A DNA stretch of 62,978 nt, filler included, from Octopus bimaculoides (taxonomy: Eukaryota), in the NCBI RefSeq assembly GCF_001194135.2. It is 4 parts of 4 records of this genome, joined end to end, with 100 filler letters (N's around TTAATTAATTAA, not from the genome) between each part and the next. Parts side by side here need not be neighbours in the genome. Positions count along the whole stretch, not along the records: positions 1 to 27,457 come from NC_068984.1; positions 27,558 to 50,177 come from NC_069004.1; 2 more parts are not named here. The stretch is one strand, 5' to 3'. The notes below the pieces were generated by a model. It did not search any database and was not told the origin of the DNA. It saw only the letters and a list, made by a program, of their open reading frames with translations. The position numbers were made by a program, and so were the translations under genes. Below, piece after piece: positions 24,574 to 38,718 of this stretch (position 1 is its first letter; each line of letters begins with the position of its first letter).

Positions 24574-25035
24574 TTTATATGTATGTATGTGTGTGNNNNN
24601 NNNNNNNNNNNNNNNNNNNNNNNNNNNNNNNNNNNNNNNNNNNNNNNNNNNNNNNNNNNNNNNNNNNNNNNNNNNNNNNNNNNNNNNNNNNNNNNNNNNN
24701 NNNNNNNNNNNNNNNNNNNNNNNNNNNNNNNNNNNNNNNNNNNNNNNNNNNNNNNNNNTAATGGCAAAGTTAGAATTATATTTTATGTATAAAGCGGTTT
24801 CAGGGAAAATCCAATGTATCCCTTCATCGGAGACGGTAATAGTAGAAGAATGAATTATTACATCTATAAGAAGAGATTTGTAGTAAGAAGTGAGAGCGAT
24901 GCGTAGAAGAAAGAACTCATACACACACACACACACACACATACACACATATATATATATATAATCAAGGATACAAGATAATACCAGCATTGCTAGAAAT
25001 AAGAGTTGAAGATATGTATATATAAGATATGTATG

Positions 25036-25071
<36 letters not shown>

Positions 25072-25112
25072 CGTGTACGTGTGTGTGTGTGTGTGTGTGT
25101 GTATGTATATGT

Positions 25113-27457
25113 GATCTGGAAGCTTAAAGATCCTGTGAATGGACAGGGATTTAGAGACTTATTACTCGAAGCATTTGACGAAATAGAGGGGCGTATAGCT
25201 TCACAGAACGTGGCAGACAACTGCTTGTTTCTACGGGACAACCTGCTGAGGGTCACTGACCAGATCTGTAGATAGAGCAAAGTCCCCTCCTGACCCAAAA
25301 TAGTGTGGTGGTGGAACAATGTTGTTGACAGGGCTATTAGGTTAAAGAAACAGGCTTGGAAGGACTGGAAGAACGGTGGTAGCAGGGAATTGTATCAGAC
25401 TACCAGAAGGGAAGCTAGGCGACAGGTTTATTTAGCCAGAGGGGAAGCAGATAAGAAACAATTTGTCAATGTTCTGCACCGTGAGGACCAAAGACTTGAG
25501 GTATTTCGTGTTGCAAGACAGTGTGTGAGAGAAAATTGTGATGTCATGGGAGAGAAATGTGTTCGCATGGATGATGGTACGCTTGCACTAAACGAGGCCG
25601 CAAAGAAAGAGGTTTGGAGATGCCACTACGAAAGATTGCTCGATAAAGAGAATGAATGGGAGAAAGAGAGTCTGCCAAATGTCGATCCAACAGAGGGACC
25701 AGCTATCCGAGTTGACAGTACCATGGTAGATAAAGCAATTAAGAGTATGAAGACAGGGAAGGCCCCCGGCCCATCAGGAATCACTGCAGAGATGCTCAAA
25801 ATATCTGGCAGTGTCGGCTATAGCCTAGTCACCCGTATTGTTAACCAGGTGATACATGAAGGAGTCATACCCAATGACTGGTGTAGCAGCACCATTATCA
25901 ACTGCTAGAAAAGTAAAGGTGACGCTTTAGATACAAATAATTACAGAGGTATCAAGTTGTTAGATCAGGTAATGAAAGTCACCGAGAGGGTCATAGACCA
26001 ACTAATTAGGGAGTGAGTCAGTTTAGATGAGATGCAGTTTGGGTTCATGCCCGGGAAAAGCACCACTGCTATATTTCTGGTAAGACAGCTTCAGGAGAAA
26101 TACCTAGCCAAGGATAAACCTCTGTACCTTGCTTTCATTGACATGGAAAAAGCTTTTGACAGGGTCCCCCGATCCCTCATCTGGTGGTCAACGAGGAAAC
26201 TAGGGATAGAAGAATGGTTAGTGAGAGCTGTGCGAGCCATGTACAGAGACACTGTCAGTAAGGTGAGGGTTGGAAATGAGTATAGTGAAGAATTCCTGGT
26301 AGAGGTAGGGGTTCACCAAGGTTCTGTCCTCAGCCCCCTCTTATTTATCATAGTCCTCCAGGCAATAACACTGGAATTCAAGACAGGATGCCCTTGGGAG
26401 CTCCTCTATGCTGATGACCTTGCTCTAAATGCTGAGTCACTATCAGAACTAGAGGAGAAGTTTCAGGTGTGGAAGCAAGGACTAGAATTGAAGGGCCTTA
26501 GAGTCAACCTAGCAAAAACCAGTCCTAATAAGTAGGAAGGTAGACAAAACACAAACCCCTTGAGGTAGATGGCCCTGCTCAATCCGTAGAAAAGGCGTGG
26601 GCAGAAACTCTATAAGATGGACCAAGTGCAAGCTATGGACACATAAGAGATGCAGCAATATCAAAGGCAGGTTAATTAGGAAGTTAGTTTTTTATGTAGC
26701 AGATGTTCAGGAGCAATAAACACTGAAAATGTGCAGAAAACAACTTCTGCCACATTCCAGGGAGAAAAACTAGATGTAGTTGATAGCTTCTGCTATCTAG
26801 GTGACCAAGTTAGTAGTGGGGGTGGGTTCGCTGAAAGTGTAGCTGCTAGAATAAGAATAGCTGAGCAAAGTTCAGAGAGCTCTTACCTCTGCTGGCGACA
26901 AAGGGACTCTCACTCAGCGTAAAAGACAGACTGTATGACGCATGTATATGAACAGCCATGCTTCATGGCAGTGAAAAATGGGCTGTGACTGTTGAAGACA
27001 TGCGTAAGCTCGCAAGGAATGAAGCCAGTATGCTCCGATGGATGTGTAATGTCAGTGTGCATACTAGACAGAGCGTAAGCACCTTGAGAGAAAAGTTGAA
27101 CCTAAGAAGCATCAGTTGTGGTGTGCAAGAGAGACGTTTGCGTTGGTATGGTTATGTGGCGAGAATGGATGACGATAGCTGTGTGAAAAAGTGCCACTCC
27201 CTAGCAGTTAAGGGAACCTGTGGAAGAGGTAGGCCCAGGAAGACCTGAGATGAGGTGGTGAAGCATGACCGTCGAACATTGGGCCTCACTGAGGCGATGA
27301 CTTCTGACCGAGACCTTTGGAAATACGCTGTGCGTGAGAAGACCCAGCAAGCCAAGTGAGACATAAATCCAAGGCCTCCACCAGGGGTGTAGCCAGCCCA
27401 CTTATGCGTACCTTCCTTCATTGGACACAAAACTCCACTTGCGAAGACCTGTTGAGG
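25113..27457 (+). mobile_element. 5'-truncated RTE (RTE-X-like) LINE with RT, PHD-like insert and 3' UTR
   Basis: MQFGFMPGKSTT, FIDMEKAFDRVPR, GVHQGSVLSPLLF and LLYADDL. A Cys/His insert lies at ~26565-26710, followed by GRGRPRKT. Several stops and frameshifts. Confidence 0.9.
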
Positions 27458-27694
27458 NNNNNNNNNNNNNNNNNNNNNNNNNNNNNNNNNNNNNNNNNNN
27501 NTTAATTAATTAANNNNNNNNNNNNNNNNNNNNNNNNNNNNNNNNNNNNNNNNNNNNATATATATATATATATATATATATACAGACATGCATAATATAC
27601 ATGCATAATATATTCAGGAACCAATTCTGTCGTTGACGTGCACTTTTAATTTATAAATATTTTTAATTCATAATTCTTCATTTGTATGTTAATC

Positions 27695-27733
27695 CTAGTG
27701 CTTGGTTGTGTGGGGAAGGGGCAGGGTGAAAAA

Positions 27734-27772
<39 letters not shown>

Positions 27773-28192
27773 TGTTGTAAAGTACGACTCACAGACAGAC
27801 AAACTGGCAGACTGACACACAGACAGACAGCTTGAGAGACTCAGGGTGCGAGTTGGGAGATAAAGCATGAGAGGGCGAAAGATGTATAAAAACAGAGAGA
27901 GGGGGACAGACATAAAATGTCTGAGACAGGTAGATAGAGAGATATATTGAGAGTGAGAGTGAGAGTGAGAGAGGGGGGAGAGAAGGAGATAGATAGAGTT
28001 TGTGTGGGATATAGATAAATAGATAGATAGACATAGAGAGAGCGGGTAAGGAGATACATAGATAACAAGATAGATAGACAGAGAGACAGACAGATGGGGA
28101 TAGTGAAATAGGTAGGCAGAGAGCGGGAGGAGGAGATAGATAAATAGATAGAGAGAGAGAAAGAGAGAGAGGATGGAGATAGATAGATAGAT

Positions 28193-28227
<35 letters not shown>

Positions 28228-28235
28228 AGTAGACG

Positions 28236-28276
<41 letters not shown>

Positions 28277-28420
28277 AGAGGCAGAAAGGGGAGAAAGAGA
28301 GAAAGGAAGACAGGCAAAGAGAGACTGACCGATGACTAGATTGGGAGAGAGAAGAGGAGGAGAAAGAGAGAACGGATAGTGAGTAGAATGAAGAGGAGAC
28401 AGCAAAAGAGTGAAGGCGAT
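27695..28420. repeat. Degenerate (TG)n/(GA)n/(GATA)n microsatellite field
   Basis: Direct inspection; this field is the source of the LSIYLS pseudo-ORFs. Confidence 0.95.
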
Positions 28421-28676
28421 AAAGAAACAAATGTCATTTTGTGATTAATTAAGTTTTATTAGTAATTTCAACAATTTTTTTTCCCACATTTATCTCATTT
28501 ATTTTAATTTTATGAAAATGTCTCATGTCTAATTTGGTTACACGTCAATACTATTTAATGTTTCAAAGACCAGTGCGTGATAACAGGCAGGGCTGTGTAT
28601 TTTGCGTTTGTTTTCTTTTTTTCGATCCCACGATGCGGTTCTCATGGTTCGTGTTGAGTGTTGAGTTATGTGTATG

Positions 28677-28708
<32 letters not shown>

Positions 28709-28856
28709 CTGGTGTTTCATGCATATATAAATAATAAACCTCTACAGGCCAAAGATTTAATAAAAGTTGACGAGTCAGCTATTTATTATAGAGTGGTCGT
28801 CAGTTATTTCAAATTTTCTCATACACACACAATGTACATATACACATATACATACA

Positions 28857-28927
<71 letters not shown>

Positions 28928-28940
28928 ATAACTTAGTGTA

Positions 28941-29165
28941 GCAGTCCCAGGAAGGGGAAGAATGTTACTGTTCTTTAGCCCCAAGAATCACCGTTTCTAG
29001 TTGGCAAAGCGACAAAGCGTTGTGTCCTTAAGTTTTCGAACAGGAGAGATAAGTACCTCCTCCCAGCAAAGCTGGGACACAAGGCACTTTTGTCGCGTAC
29101 CCGACTAGAAATAGGTGTTTCTTGGAGCTAAATATCAGTAACATGCTTTCCTTTCCTGCGACTGT
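28941..29165. mobile_element. MITE with ~90-bp imperfect TIRs flanked by TA
   Basis: TA|GCAGTCCCAGGAAGGGGAAGAATGTTACTG... pairs with ...CAGTAACATGCTTTCCTTTCCTGCGACTGT|TA. Confidence 0.8.
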
Positions 29166-29324
29166 TACATTAATTTGGTAACAACCCATCACTTTATCGT
29201 GCTGTTACTGTATAACTCTCTCTCCTAGATTTAGAAATGTAATATTTCTATTTTTATATATATATCCTTTGTAGAAAACAAGTTCGAAAGAAGAAGCACA
29301 CTTTAAGATATAGAGTAGTATATA

Positions 29325-29536
29325 TTAAAAATGGAAAGTCTGGTTTATGAGATTACCTTAGGTTTCACGTCCATAAAGGGTTTAGCTTTATGGCCTGTCG
29401 TCAGATCTCAAAAACCTGTTGGCACATGACCAGTTACACATAAGGAGAGGGGGTGGAAATTTAAAGCCATAACGCTAAACCCTTTATGGACGGGAAACCT
29501 GAGGTAATTTCATAAACCGGCCTTCCTCAGTTTTAG
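29325..29536. mobile_element. Second MITE with ~60-70-bp TIRs in TA-rich context
   Basis: GGTTTATGAGATTACCTTAGGTTTCACGTCCATAAAGGGTTTAGCTTTATGGC (~29343-29394) is the reverse complement of ~29467-29519. Confidence 0.8.
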
Positions 29537-30500
29537 TATACATACATATATGTATATGTATANNNNNNNNNNNNNNNNNNNNNNNNNNNNNNNNNNNNNN
29601 NNNNNNNNNNNNNNNNNNNNNNNNNNNNNNNNNNNNNNNNNNNNNNNNNNNNNNNNNNNNNNNNNNNNNNNNNNNNNNNNNNNNNNNNNNNNNNNNNNNN
29701 NNNNNNNNNNNNNNNNNNNNNNNNNNNNNNNNNNNNNNNNNNNNNNNNNNNNNNNNNNNNNNNNNNNNNNNNNNNNNNNNNNNNNNNNNNNNNNNNNNNN
29801 NNNNNNNNNNNNNNNNNNNNNNNNNNNNNNNNNNNNNNNNNNNNNNNNNNNNNNNNNNNNNNNNNNNNNNNNNNNNNNNNNNNNNNNNNNNNNNNNNNNN
29901 NNNNNNNNNNNNNNNNNNNNNNNNNNNNNNNNNNNNNNNNNNNNNNNNNNNNNNNNNNNNNNNNNNNNNNNNNNNNNNNNNNNNNNNATATATATATACG
30001 TGTCTGTGTGTGCGGTTTCATTGTATATGAGTAATTCTGATTTTTTAACGCGTCAGAATGGATATATGTGTAAGAAGAGGGTAAAACCAGGATATATTTC
30101 AGTGTGTCTGTGTGTCGCTGACTGATATTTCTGTTCGCCGCAATTAATGAAAGAAATTAAATGCACAGCAAAAATTTAAATATGAAAATAAACAGCAACA
30201 AAAAAAGAACAATTCCTCAAATAGAAATATTTGAAATGTACATTTTTACTTCAAATATTTCAATATATCACATTAAATACACATATACACACACACATAC
30301 ACACACACCACCACAATTGTATATCAATGTGTGTGTGTACGTACGCGTTTGTGTATGTGTAAATATATGTATATACTTGTATGCCTATATATTTGTGTTT
30401 ATGTATGTATATATGTGTGCGTGTGTGTGTGTTTGTGTGTGTGTGCGTGTGTGTGTATGTAGGTATGTGTGCATATATAGGTATATATATATGAGTATGC

Positions 30501-30537
<37 letters not shown>

Positions 30538-30547
30538 NNNNNNNNNN

Positions 30548-30581
<34 letters not shown>

Positions 30582-30883
30582 GTATGTATGCATGAATGCA
30601 TGTACGTATGTACATATGTATAGTCACATGCACAAATATGAAAATACATCTCAATATATATATTAGTATATATGTGTGTGCATGTATATATATATGTGTG
30701 TGTGTGCGTGTAATTATATTTTTATGTGTGTGTGTGTGTGTGTGTGTTTATGCATGTATGAGTGTGTGATACACATGTCTATTTATATGAAAACTTATAT
30801 ACAAGTATTGACAAGTCGCTCTGTATGTGTGTGTGTATGCGCTTGTGTGCACGCGTGCGTTTAAGCACTTGTGCGTATGAGAT

Positions 30884-30925
<42 letters not shown>

Positions 30926-31300
30926 TGATAGATATACACAGAACAGGTACTTCTAATCCTCCACTCACACTCACACTCACACACACACACACATACAGAA
31001 GCACACCTTGCGATTCTGATGACAACGTCTATCATGATGCTAATGATGAGAAGGTGCAAGAAAGAGTGAGAGCGAGAAGTATGATGGCGGACGGTGATGA
31101 TATCTACGACGTCGACGCGGTCGGCGATAGTGGTGGTGGCGATGGTGGTGGTGGTGGTGGTGGTGGTGGTGGTTTTGGTAGTGGTGGTGGTGGTGATGAC
31201 GGCAAATTGCGCTGAAAATTATCTCATTGAAGGTATCAATCTTACTATAGATATTCACATTACTAATGAGCTATGATACTATTACTACTACAAATAATAA

Positions 31301-31345
<45 letters not shown>

Positions 31346-31642
31346 TAATAAACGATGAGAAGAAGAAACAGAAGATGAAGAGGAGCAATAATAACAATGA
31401 TGATGAAAAATGACGATGATGATGGTGATGACGATGATATTGATGAGACAACAACGACGACGACGACGACGATGATGATGATGATGGGTAATTTCGGGAC
31501 AAAAAACGTAAAAAGCAAATCAAGATTGCTTAAACAGGTTAGAGGCAAATAATTGTAACACCTGCTGAGGGTAAAAGTAATTAATTTTTAAACAAATTTA
31601 TACATGTGTGTGTATCTATCTATCTATCTATCTATCTCTCTA

Positions 31643-31693
<51 letters not shown>

Positions 31694-33769
31694 TTATCTA
31701 CGTATATATATATATATAGAGAGAGAGAGAGGGGGGGGGAAGAGGTGCACTTTTGTATTCGAGTGTGTGAGTGTACGTGTGTTCGTATATGTATATGTAC
31801 ATGTGTGTGTGTATGTCTGTGTGTGTGTGTGTGTGTGTACAGAGAGAGAGAGAGATGTATAAATATAATTATATAAACAATATATATGTATGTGTGTGTG
31901 CGTATCTATATGTATATATATATATAAATATACACACACACATATATATATATATATACATATATAGATATACATACATATATATGTATACATATATNNN
32001 NNNNNNNNNNNNNNNNNNNNNNNNNNNNNNNNNNNNNNNNNNNNNNNNNNNNNNNNNNNNNNNNNNNNNNNNNNNNNNNNNNNNNNNNNNNNNNNNNNNN
32101 NNNNNNNNNNNNNNNNNNNNNNNNNNNNNNNNNNNNNNNNTATATATATTTATATGCGTGTGTATACATGTATAGATATACATACATATTTGTGCAAAAG
32201 TATAAATACTCATGTTCAGAATTGCTTCGAAGAATTTTTGTAAAATCTTAAGAATATTTAAATTGAACAGATTCATAAATACTTTTTTTACAGTTCTCTC
32301 ATCTTGCCTATTCTTTGAAATATTACTGAAATAGTTTGATACAACATTGCGTATATAACAAAAGTATATTATGTGTAGAATTATTTGAAAAGTGTAGATA
32401 CGAAACACTATTAAATATGTAATTGTGTAAAATATGGGATAGTTCGATACAAAGTGGAAAAATACTAAATATGATAGAAATCTTGAGTTATGTAAAGACA
32501 TGGTCTTGAAATATTCTTTTATAACCGCATATAAGAATATATCATAGCGATCAATATCACAGAATATGTTTGCTCAGGAGAACGTATAAATACAATACGT
32601 GTTTTAACATAGTAATGTATGTATACATTTATCATAGTAATGTGCAATATGTTCATTTATTTTACTGAAAAAAAGAAGAGAAAAAACAATTCCTGAAGTC
32701 GGGGCCAGAAATTTTTGTCCCTGCAACTTTTGCACAACGGAAACGTTCGAAACTCACCAATATAACTGTTCATTTGTGTATTGAAAGGACTTTCAAATCT
32801 TATCGAATTAAATCATCTCTACAATGGAGAAAAGTAATTAATATGCTATGATGACTTAGCTGGGGTTTTTTTTCACCAGATTAAGAAATCATAAGGAGAT
32901 TCTCTCATTGACCGGATTTAATTCTATCCTTGTTGTTTTTGTCGTTTATCTTGTTCTTTACCTAGTTTCGTATCTGCTGTTGTTTTTCTTATTTTTGTCT
33001 GTTTCTGAATAATTAGAACTTCCTTCGAACATAAAGCCACACAAACTTATGAATATCCTCTATTTATATTTATGAACGTCGATATAAGTTCTTTTCTTTA
33101 AATGGAAACCGTAACTTAAAAGCACAATACATTTTATTCGTTGCTGTACTGACCATGTAAATAAGCTACAACTAAGTCCATTGATAATGATTGTCGCATA
33201 GCCACAAAACCATACGTATGGTTGGAGTCAACAAACAGCTGAGATCGATTCCATTATATAACTGGTGACCTATTTTATATACTTAGTAACGTTGAAATCA
33301 AAAGTCGATTCCGGCGTGATTCGAATTCCAAACTTAAATGTAGGCAACTAACACGTAATAGGCAATTATTTCTGCAGCTCTACGGCTTCAGCCAATTCAC
33401 AACCCTTTAATCCGCTAATCTTTAATCCGTTAATATCTAATTCTAAGAAAGAGGACAATTCCATATATTTCGTTCTGTTCTTTCTTATTTCTAGCCTTCC
33501 TCTAATGGTTATAAAAGCTGTTGTTGTTTTTATTGTTAATAGTATTTCAGTATTTGGTTCATAAATTTGCTGTTGCACTACTGCATGTAGCTGCTGCTAC
33601 TGATGTCATTATAGTTGTCACTAGCTTCCTTATGCTACATGTTGGTATTAGTACTGTTATTGGAATTTCAGGTCTAGTAGATATTTGTATTTGGTGTTAT
33701 TGCTGTTTTTTTTTTTTATATATTTTATTTTATCAGCTGTTGTCAGCGCTGCTACGCCCGTGTTTCTTT

Positions 33770-35100
<1,331 letters not shown>

Positions 35101-36282
35101 TGGATGTTGTTGTTCCTTGTCTTTCCAAAACGTGTTATTCATTGCTCCCGTGAGTGGATTATTTTTTCCAAAAACTGATTTTTTTTCGTTTTGTTTTTGT
35201 CTTTTTTTTCTATTTTCTTTTTCATTAGTTTTCGAATGGCGTAGAGCCATATATAACAAAGGAAGGTGAGAAATTTATTTGAATGGTCTTTTGAGGTTTT
35301 TATTATTTTTTTTACCAAGTTTGACCGAAAAAGATATTTCAAACACTTTTGATGGAACGTGCATCCATTCGCAACAAAATGGTGGTGCGATGTGCTTACT
35401 ACACTTCTCTCCTCCTCAAAAATGACAGATTTGACATGATATTAACAAATAACCAAGACGAAAAAATAGGTAAAAAAAATCTGTACTGTTGTGTACACAT
35501 CGGTTGAAACAAGAAATATTGATGTTTTTATGCACATTGATACTAATGAGAACAAATTTGGCAGCGATCTTTCATAACCCCACAAAAATAGTCATAGAAA
35601 ATACAACAGTAATAGCAATTACATATAGACGCAGATTTTTTTTTCCAAATGAGGGTAATTCTGTAGTTTCACATGATACTTTATCTTTTGTAAATGCAAA
35701 CTGCAAAGAATAAAACTGGATGTAGAGTGTTTAGATAGCGTGGCGACACTGTATAGCAAATGAGAGATGTGTCTGCTTAACGTTATCACACCGATATGGG
35801 ACGGAAAGTAGGATGACTTGCCTGTACATTGCTAAACCCACAGAAGCTTTGGCAATGTATCCTCAAAGAAACACTTAGAGCTAGCTCTCGCCTATACTTG
35901 AAATGAAATGTGTATCGAAAACGGAATTGTGAATATCACTATATATATCGTGAACAAAACGAAAAATCGAACGAGAAAACCAAAAAGGTAATGCGTTATA
36001 CACCCTTCTACAATTTAACCCAAGAGTATTTTGGACACAGAAATACGACGGTCGCTGTAAAATGTAATGTAGACAACGTAAATATTTTGTGGAGAAATAT
36101 GAGTAATTACAGAGAGCTGCCGTGACTTTATGTTATACGTGCTCGGCTAACGTCTCTAGGAATCCCTTTTTTTAGGTTTGACGTTGAGTAAAGATTACAT
36201 ATCTAATGCTCTTATAAAACTATTCATCATTCTTTTGTCTAAAAAAAAATTGCTGATAAGATACAATTCCTCATTGTCCATT

Positions 36283-36433
36283 AAGTGAATTTGCCTTTCG
36301 GCGAATTTGCTTTGTCTTTTGGTGAATTTGTCTTCCGGCGAATTTGTGTTTCGGTGAATTTGTCATTTGGCCGAGTTTGTCTTTTGACGAATTTACCTTA
36401 TGACGAAATTTCTTTCGGTGATTTTTCTGGACA
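36283..36433 (+). repeat. 15-bp minisatellite (consensus TTCGGYGAATTTGTC, ~10 units) ending in TCTGGACAC
   Basis: Repeated GGCGAATTTG/GGTGAATTTG cores with ~15-bp period. Confidence 0.8.
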
Positions 36434-37899
36434 CGAGATAAATTTAAGTACCAGTCAAGTATCAGTATCAATATTATCGATTTGTCCCCCTCCCCTCAAA
36501 TTTGTTCAATTTGAACCCTGCGACAGGCCGCCGTCTCGTTTATGGGAAATTTTGTGATTGTGATCACATATTCAGCGCGAAAACTGGGCAACCAGCCTTG
36601 CGAGTTCTAGAGGTCGAGAATAAAAAAAAATGAAATCAATATGTGTGCATCGATTAAAATAAATTACCAATCAAATAGTGAAAGTGATTTAATCGACTGT
36701 AGCTTACACCCAATATCCGTGACCTTGTGACTTTGAAAGAAATTATTTTAATGACGGTGAGGGATGAGTGATGAGGATTAATGGTTGACTAAGGAGGGGA
36801 AGGAGGAGGTTGTTGTGAAATAAAAGAAGGAAGGGAATATAAGGAGAATAATGAGGTTTGGGGAAAGAAATGAAGGAAGAAGACAGAAATGTTAGGAGAA
36901 AATAAAAGAGAAAAGTATATAAGCAGAATGAAAAAGATTAAGAAAATATTGTGGGTGGAGGGCGGGGCATACGAATTTAAGAAAAAATGAGTAAATGAAA
37001 ACATTGGTAGGAAAAAGAAGGGAAAAACAACAGAAAACGTAACGAAAACAAAAAAAAATAGGGGAAAAGTAGAACTTGAAGAAAGAAAGAAAGACAGAAA
37101 GATGGAAAGAAAGAAAGAAATAAAGAAAGAAAGAAAGAAATAAAGAAAGAAAGAAAGAAAGAAAGAAAGGAAGATATTCAAAAAAGGTAAACGAAAGAGG
37201 GGTGGAATAATGAGAGCGCGCAGGGGATATCAACAAAAAAAATTTAAACGAAATGAAATAAGGAGAAAACATGAATTTTTTTCCAAATTTTTTCGCTATA
37301 AATTTTAGGTGAAGGAATTCTGTAACAAAACAATGAAAAAAATTCTACGAAAAATATTGGGTTCTCAAATTACAACATTAAAAAAATAATCATATGCATA
37401 AATAAAAAATAGCAAGATATAAAAATATGGAGTAATATTTTTTAAAATTTAAAGAAAAAAACAGAAAAATTCTCATTAACGAGAGGATATGGTGCATAGC
37501 ACCATTTGATCCCGGGTATAAATATTTACAATGTCAATATTATCCATAATTTCATAATGAACCATCGATAACAAATTGACAAATTGCCCGCCTCTCCTTT
37601 TTTCAGGAAAATTCTTCGATTATTTCTCAATCTCAATTAGAAATTATCTTGGCAATGTAATAACTACATAAAAGAAAAAAAAAACATTTAAAAATGGATA
37701 TTTAATCTCAAGTCGATCGATCGGTTGCGACGGAATTGGTGCATGATCGATAAGCGTTCCAGTCACGACAACCCTGTCTTTTTTTATCATGCATCCTTTA
37801 TTTGGTACAATTTTGTCATCTATCATGGAGATGGGGGAGGGGGGTTCGAAAGGAACACAATGATAAATGGATCCGTGATACATGAATCGTTGATTATGT

Positions 37900-38240
37900 A
37901 TCAGTGATAAATGGAACATGTCCACGCACTTTGTAACTGAAACAAATGGCAGATTCATTGACACCAAACTCGCGGACCACATTAGCAAGGAATCCACACT
38001 CTCATACTTTCTGCATCATCTCTACCTTTTCCTGTGGGGGATACTCTTACCTGCGTCGTTTCTTAAGATCAATCGGAACGTATTGGAACGATTGGTAGAT
38101 TCATTGACACCAAACACCTGGCCAACAGAAACGAAGCTTCCACCCTCACGTATTTTCTGGACCATCTCCATCATTTTCTACTGAGAAAACACTCGTCTGC
38201 ATGGTTTACAATTAGGTGCCTTCATGTTCATGGTTACCAG
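37900..38240 (-). pseudogene. Two tandem degenerate pogo/Tigger-type (CENP-B/psq) HTH motifs
   Basis: RRVFSQ*KMMEMVQKIREGGSFVSVGQVFGVNEST and PQEKVEMMQKV*ECGFLANVVREFGVNESAI resemble the Tigger N-terminal ...EK..L..G.S...VG..YGINES motif. Confidence 0.6.
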
Positions 38241-38718
38241 TACATACATCCATATAATAAAATGCGCAACCTTGCAAGCACAATTCTGTAAGCACGAGCG
38301 ATAATCATTGCATACTAGGTAACTGAGCACTGTGGATGGTTGTTGTTGGTGGTGGTGGGTGCACTTTTGCGGCGCAGGCAGAATCTCCGACTGATCACCT
38401 ATCCGTGTTATTATAGACCAGTCCGTGATAAGCGTAACAGTTGAGTGCATCATGTTTTCCTTGTTCGCTGATGAATGAAACAGTGGTTAACGAAGTTTCC
38501 GATACTATGATTGTCCAATATGGTCTTAAATAGTGTCTGTTTATTTTTTAATACAATAGGCTAGCTGTAGTGAAACACTCCATTTCGATTATTAGATTAA
38601 TCTGCTTTAGAATGACACGCTGTGAGTGTTTTGATTGATACATGATGGCCTTCGAAAAAAGAAAAAAATCTTAGTAAATATTAGGTTTACTTAAAACTAA
38701 TATTACACTCAACACATA

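Noticed and set aside
27502-27513. TTAATTAATTAA islands inside N-gaps (also 50222-50233 and 53237-53248)
   Set aside because: An identical palindromic 12-mer with stops in all six frames, embedded in Ns, is a scaffolding linker and not biology.
35572-35654. Phase 1-1 segment AIFHNPTKIVIENTTVIAITYRRRFFFPNE as the missing CUB-3 end
   Set aside because: Weak acceptor, a poly-T run and no GF..Y motif make it unsupported.
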